The notes beneath the pieces are model-generated. The model searched no databases and was not told the origin of the DNA. It saw nothing but the letters and a program-made list of their open reading frames with translations. DNA of 64,000 nucleotides from an uncultured bacterium (GTDB lineage Bacteria; Bacillota_I; Bacilli_A; RFN20; CAG-826). The first letter of the stretch is position 1; each line of letters begins with the position of its first letter. Shown here one piece after another: positions 60,921 to 64,000 of this stretch. The stretch is taken from the NCBI GenBank assembly GCA_949299165.1, contig CASFZJ010000001.1, positions 67,504 to 131,503 of the forward strand, in the 5' to 3' direction. The position numbers and the translations under genes were made by a program.

Positions 60921-62236
60921 TTTTCTATTGTTTTGTTTTCTTGTTTTAAAACGGTCTTATTTTCACTCTTAGCTAAACTTATTTTAGGATCAGAATAATA
61001 ATTCGCAACGAACGCTTTGATTTCTTTAGCGGTCATATATCCTTTTTCATAAATAGCCTCAGCTAATTTATAGATTAAATCTTTTTTACTCTTTAAATAT
61101 TTATAAACTTTTTTATCTAGTCTTTTTAAAATTCTTTCTTCTTTTTTCTCATTTTTATGAAGTTTAATATAGGAAACAGTTCGATAATGAAAGTGATCTT
61201 CAGGAAGAATATACTCTAGACCAAAATACCCCATTCTATTAACGATAGTGTAGACTAGACTTCTTGCGTTTTCTAAATCACTTGCACAACCCCCACTAGC
61301 TTCTTTAAAGAATATCTTTTCAGCTTGTCTGCCTGCTAAATAAATTTCTGCTCTATTTAAATAATCACTGTATTTTCCAGGAAAATTCGTAGTTTTAGAG
61401 ATAATATATCCCTTGCCGCCATTGATTTTGACTCCGCCCAATTTATTTTTATCAGCGTATTTCAGATTCAACACAATATGCCCTGCTTCATGAATCGCAA
61501 TATTAAATAGAGATTTTTCTTTTGCTTTTATCGACCCATTTTCGTATTTATATAAAGTTTCGATAATATCGTCGCTTGTAATATCAAAAGTTCCTTTTGT
61601 TAAAATTGTTTCATTAATCATTGTTTTTATAGTGACAAATGATTCGCCATCAAATGCATTAATTAATTCATCATCATCGATTAACTCTTCATTAAGTCCA
61701 TATTTCTTAATTTGGTCTTGAATAATTTTAGTAATTTCATTAGGCGTTGGACTAGAAAAATTAATTATCGAAGATAATCTTCCTCTTCTTTTAAGTGGGG
61801 AAGGAATATCTGATAAATAATTACAAACAGTAATTACTAAAACATTTTTACTTACTTCTTCAATCCCGTCTAAATTTTCTTGCAAACTTCTAATTACACT
61901 TTTATTGTCATCGATTAACAAATCCAACTCGTCAATTAAAATTACGGCCTTCTTATCTAAACTAGCTTGATGGAAAATATTGTTAAGTTCTCCAATAACA
62001 TAAGTCGATTTGCGATTATAAACATAGCAAGGTATATCTTTTAGATACGTTTTCAAACATCTCATGACAAGCGACTTACCATTTCCAGGAGAGCCGTAAA
62101 GGATAACGCCTCTAGGGATCTCAATCCCTTTTTTCATATGTTCTTCATTATTTTTAAACCAATCAATAATGTTAATAAGCGCTTCGATTTGATTATCACA
62201 ACCGACAACTTCATTAAAAACTTCATTTCTTTCCAT
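60902..62236 (-). CDS. soluble FtsH-like AAA+ ATPase / M41 zinc metalloprotease without TM segments
   Basis: Starts directly at FNEVVGCD; Walker A GSPGNGKS, Walker B IDELD, SRH-like LKRRGRL, HEAGH, LAGRQAE, GCASDL. Confidence 0.85.
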   Translation of the reverse strand: MERNEVFNEVVGCDNQIEALINIIDWFKNNEEHMKKGIEIPRGVILYGSPGNGKSLVMRCLKTYLKDIPCYVYNRKSTYVIGELNNIFHQASLDKKAVILIDELDLLIDDNKSVIRSLQENLDGIEEVSKNVLVITVCNYLSDIPSPLKRRGRLSSIINFSSPTPNEITKIIQDQIKKYGLNEELIDDDELINAFDGESFVTIKTMINETILTKGTFDITSDDIIETLYKYENGSIKAKEKSLFNIAIHEAGHIVLNLKYADKNKLGGVKINGGKGYIISKTTNFPGKYSDYLNRAEIYLAGRQAEKIFFKEASGGCASDLENARSLVYTIVNRMGYFGLEYILPEDHFHYRTVSYIKLHKNEKKEERILKRLDKKVYKYLKSKKDLIYKLAEAIYEKGYMTAKEIKAFVANYYSDPKISLAKSENKTVLKQENKTIENLTSLA

Positions 62237-62266
62237 ATTTCTAATTTTTCCTTTCTATTTTTACAT

Positions 62267-62572
62267 TCACTTAATTTTTCCTTCTATAAAGAGCTTATGA
62301 TAAAAAAATATTTTGCCTGACAGTGGAAAACCAATATTATATCTTTTTTGTATCTTAACAATGCTTAAATTTTCCAATTTCTTTGCTTTAATATCTTCAA
62401 TAATTTTCATCGCAATTTTATTTTTCTCATTTTCATATTTAATAAATTCAATGCTTTTTAATCCTTCACTTATTTTTCTTTTAATAATGCTTTCTATACT
62501 TTCTCCACTAATTAAAAAGTATTTGTTAAGCATCATGTAATCCGTATCATTTATTTCAAATATTAATTTCAT
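62267..62572 (-). CDS. small putative DNA-binding protein
   Basis: N-terminus resembles a ribbon-helix-helix (MKLIFEI..D...L); C-terminus LSIVKIQKRYNIGFPLSGKI resembles an FtsK-gamma winged helix; 30 bp upstream of the protease. Confidence 0.5.
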   Translation of the reverse strand: MKLIFEINDTDYMMLNKYFLISGESIESIIKRKISEGLKSIEFIKYENEKNKIAMKIIEDIKAKKLENLSIVKIQKRYNIGFPLSGKIFFYHKLFIEGKIK

Positions 62573-62978
62573 TTTTATAGTAAAATCGACAAAAACTGTG
62601 CAAAACCCAAATTAAATTTAATTATAATCAATTACCAAAGTAATTTTTGTCTTCAAATTTAAATTCAAGTCAATTTGTTTTTCCTCCTCGCTTAATAGTT
62701 TAATAGCCGAGCCTTACGATTATTAAATTGCTTTTAAATTGTTCACATAAAAGAACAAAATAAAAAAGTTGATACTTTAATCAGTGTTTAAAATGAAATT
62801 TTATAAAGATTTTGAATACATTTTTTTGTTCTTTTCATTCTGCTAAGTGAAAGAAAATTACTATTTTTTACAACTGAAAAAATAAGGAAAATTTTTCCTT
62901 AAACATAATAAAAAATTATTCTAGTAGCAGATTTATTATTAATTATTTTGTTCTTTTTATTGATAAAAATAACTTCAT

Positions 62979-64000
62979 TTATAAGTAATTTTCGTATTTT
63001 GTTGATAGTTCTTTAAAATGATGAGCTAATCTTCTATTAACAAAGTCATCATAAACTGTAATTATTTGTGGAAATATTGGATTTGACAAAACCCGATTTG
63101 AAAAACTGTCTACATTAACTGAAATATTAGCAATGACATTTGCGTCTTCATCAATTATCTTTGATTCAATATATTTTTCAGTCATTTTTTCAGAAAGCTC
63201 AGAATTTAAAGAAACTAACTTTTTCTCATTTTCGCTTTTATCAACTTTAAATTTGTCACAAACTTCAAATGTTAGTTTTTCGGAAAAATAATCTCTAAAT
63301 GATGTTTCGATCATTCTTAAATATAATCCGTTAAAAGAAAAAGAGATTTTTCTTGTGTTTTTATTTAGTGGCATTTTAGCTTCTTTAATATAAGTTTCAA
63401 GCGACTTGCCATTAACATTATTTTCTATAAATAATTTATTTAAATCTCTATTTTTGACTAAATCTTCTGCAAAACGCCACTTTTTTTGTCCAATTATATG
63501 TATCGATCTAACATCTTCTAAAATAATTTCACCATCTGCAATCGCTATTAATAAAGCATATAATTTCCCACTATATTCTTTAATTGTATAAACTCGATAC
63601 CATTTCACTACATCTTTTAAAACGTAGTCTTTTTTCTCTTCATCATATACATAATTTAGTCTTTTCAGTTGAACTATTTTTTCTTTTTTAATTGCGTTCA
63701 TTAATATAGATAAAGTACTTGAAGTATATGTTGAATATTTATCTTTAGGCGACATTACTAGTTCTAAGGTTTTTTCAAACTCAATTTTTTCATTTTTTGA
63801 AGATAAAAGATTTAGGATTCTGTTTTTCAAATCTTTTGATACTTCTTCTTTAATGAATCTGTTGTTTTCAATAGAAAAAATAATGTTAAAAATATCGCCT
63901 TTTGAAAGATTGAATCTATTTTCTATATAATATTTCCCTTTTTCAGTACAAGAAACTTTAAAAGGAAAATTTTCTGAAAATCTATTCGAAAGTTCTTCTA
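62979..64000 (-). CDS. WYL-domain (HTH-WYL-WCX) transcriptional regulator, 5'-truncated by the window
   Basis: Frame is open from the window edge through 63830; ILMNAIKKEKIVQL...YSGKLYAL...IIL WYL-like region; C-terminal FSN(W)VL typical of WCX domains. Confidence 0.7.
   Translation of the reverse strand, partial: EELSNRFSENFPFKVSCTEKGKYYIENRFNLSKGDIFNIIFSIENNRFIKEEVSKDLKNRILNLLSSKNEKIEFEKTLELVMSPKDKYSTYTSSTLSILMNAIKKEKIVQLKRLNYVYDEEKKDYVLKDVVKWYRVYTIKEYSGKLYALLIAIADGEIILEDVRSIHIIGQKKWRFAEDLVKNRDLNKLFIENNVNGKSLETYIKEAKMPLNKNTRKISFSFNGLYLRMIETSFRDYFSEKLTFEVCDKFKVDKSENEKKLVSLNSELSEKMTEKYIESKIIDEDANVIANISVNVDSFSNRVLSNPIFPQIITVYDDFVNRRLAHHFKELSTKYENYL

Noticed and set aside
60902-62236. Housekeeping ftsH
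   Set aside because: No N-terminal TM segments, divergent motifs and an accessory context; not given the ftsH symbol.
79-63591. Many short opposite-strand or alternate-frame ORFs in the track (e.g. 79..261, 560..775, 2063..2323, 9760..9957, 14113..14337, 28506..28805, 36493..36879, 62313..62540, 63406..63591)
   Set aside because: They lie within well-supported genes, have no motifs and show shadow-like composition.
53900-64000. Intact prophage or ICE
   Set aside because: No integrase, relaxase, terminase, capsid or att-like direct repeats were seen in the window; the region is called an accessory island only.
1-64000. tRNA, rRNA or riboswitch genes, including the predicted tRNA-Trp(CCG)
   Set aside because: No cloverleaf, T-loop or rRNA signature was recognised; intergenic gaps are short and very AT-rich. 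The tRNA would have to lie elsewhere in the genome.

Overview
This is an AT-rich bacterial chromosome segment. Gene content (spx-yjbK-nadK, ylbF-rsmD-coaD, whiA, rnj, a cre site) points to a low-GC Bacillota, class Bacilli, probably an uncultured gut lineage; that placement is inference. It has four parts. (1) 1-18.7 kb: housekeeping genes plus an ArsR/SmtB-HMA-P1B-ATPase metal efflux operon with a perfect palindromic operator. (2) About 18.7-53.7 kb: a sugar locus with two similarly built operons, each headed by a divergent AraC regulator. One is GH3-MFS-GH78-rhaBAD; the other is GH2-GH3-GH1-MFS-GH43-GH39-xylAB(-GH78). (3) 33.9-36.0 kb: a decaying insert between those operons, holding a triple-frameshifted AAA/DUF4143 gene, two phased tandem arrays and an HD-gene remnant. 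(4) 53.9-64 kb: a defence/accessory island with an XRE HTH, a small alarmone hydrolase-like HD protein, a SauUSI-like type IV restriction enzyme, a Nudix hydrolase, small ORFs with a decayed duplicate, a soluble FtsH-like AAA-M41 protease and a WYL regulator. The main observation is that the genome appears to use a non-standard code in which CGG encodes Trp rather than Arg. A manual scan found 12 in-frame CGG codons. About eight sit at family-conserved Trp positions and none at a recognisably conserved Arg, while CGA, AGG and TGA behave normally. No rRNA, tRNA, CRISPR array or transposase was recognised. All family assignments come from motif recognition by eye; no database searches were run.
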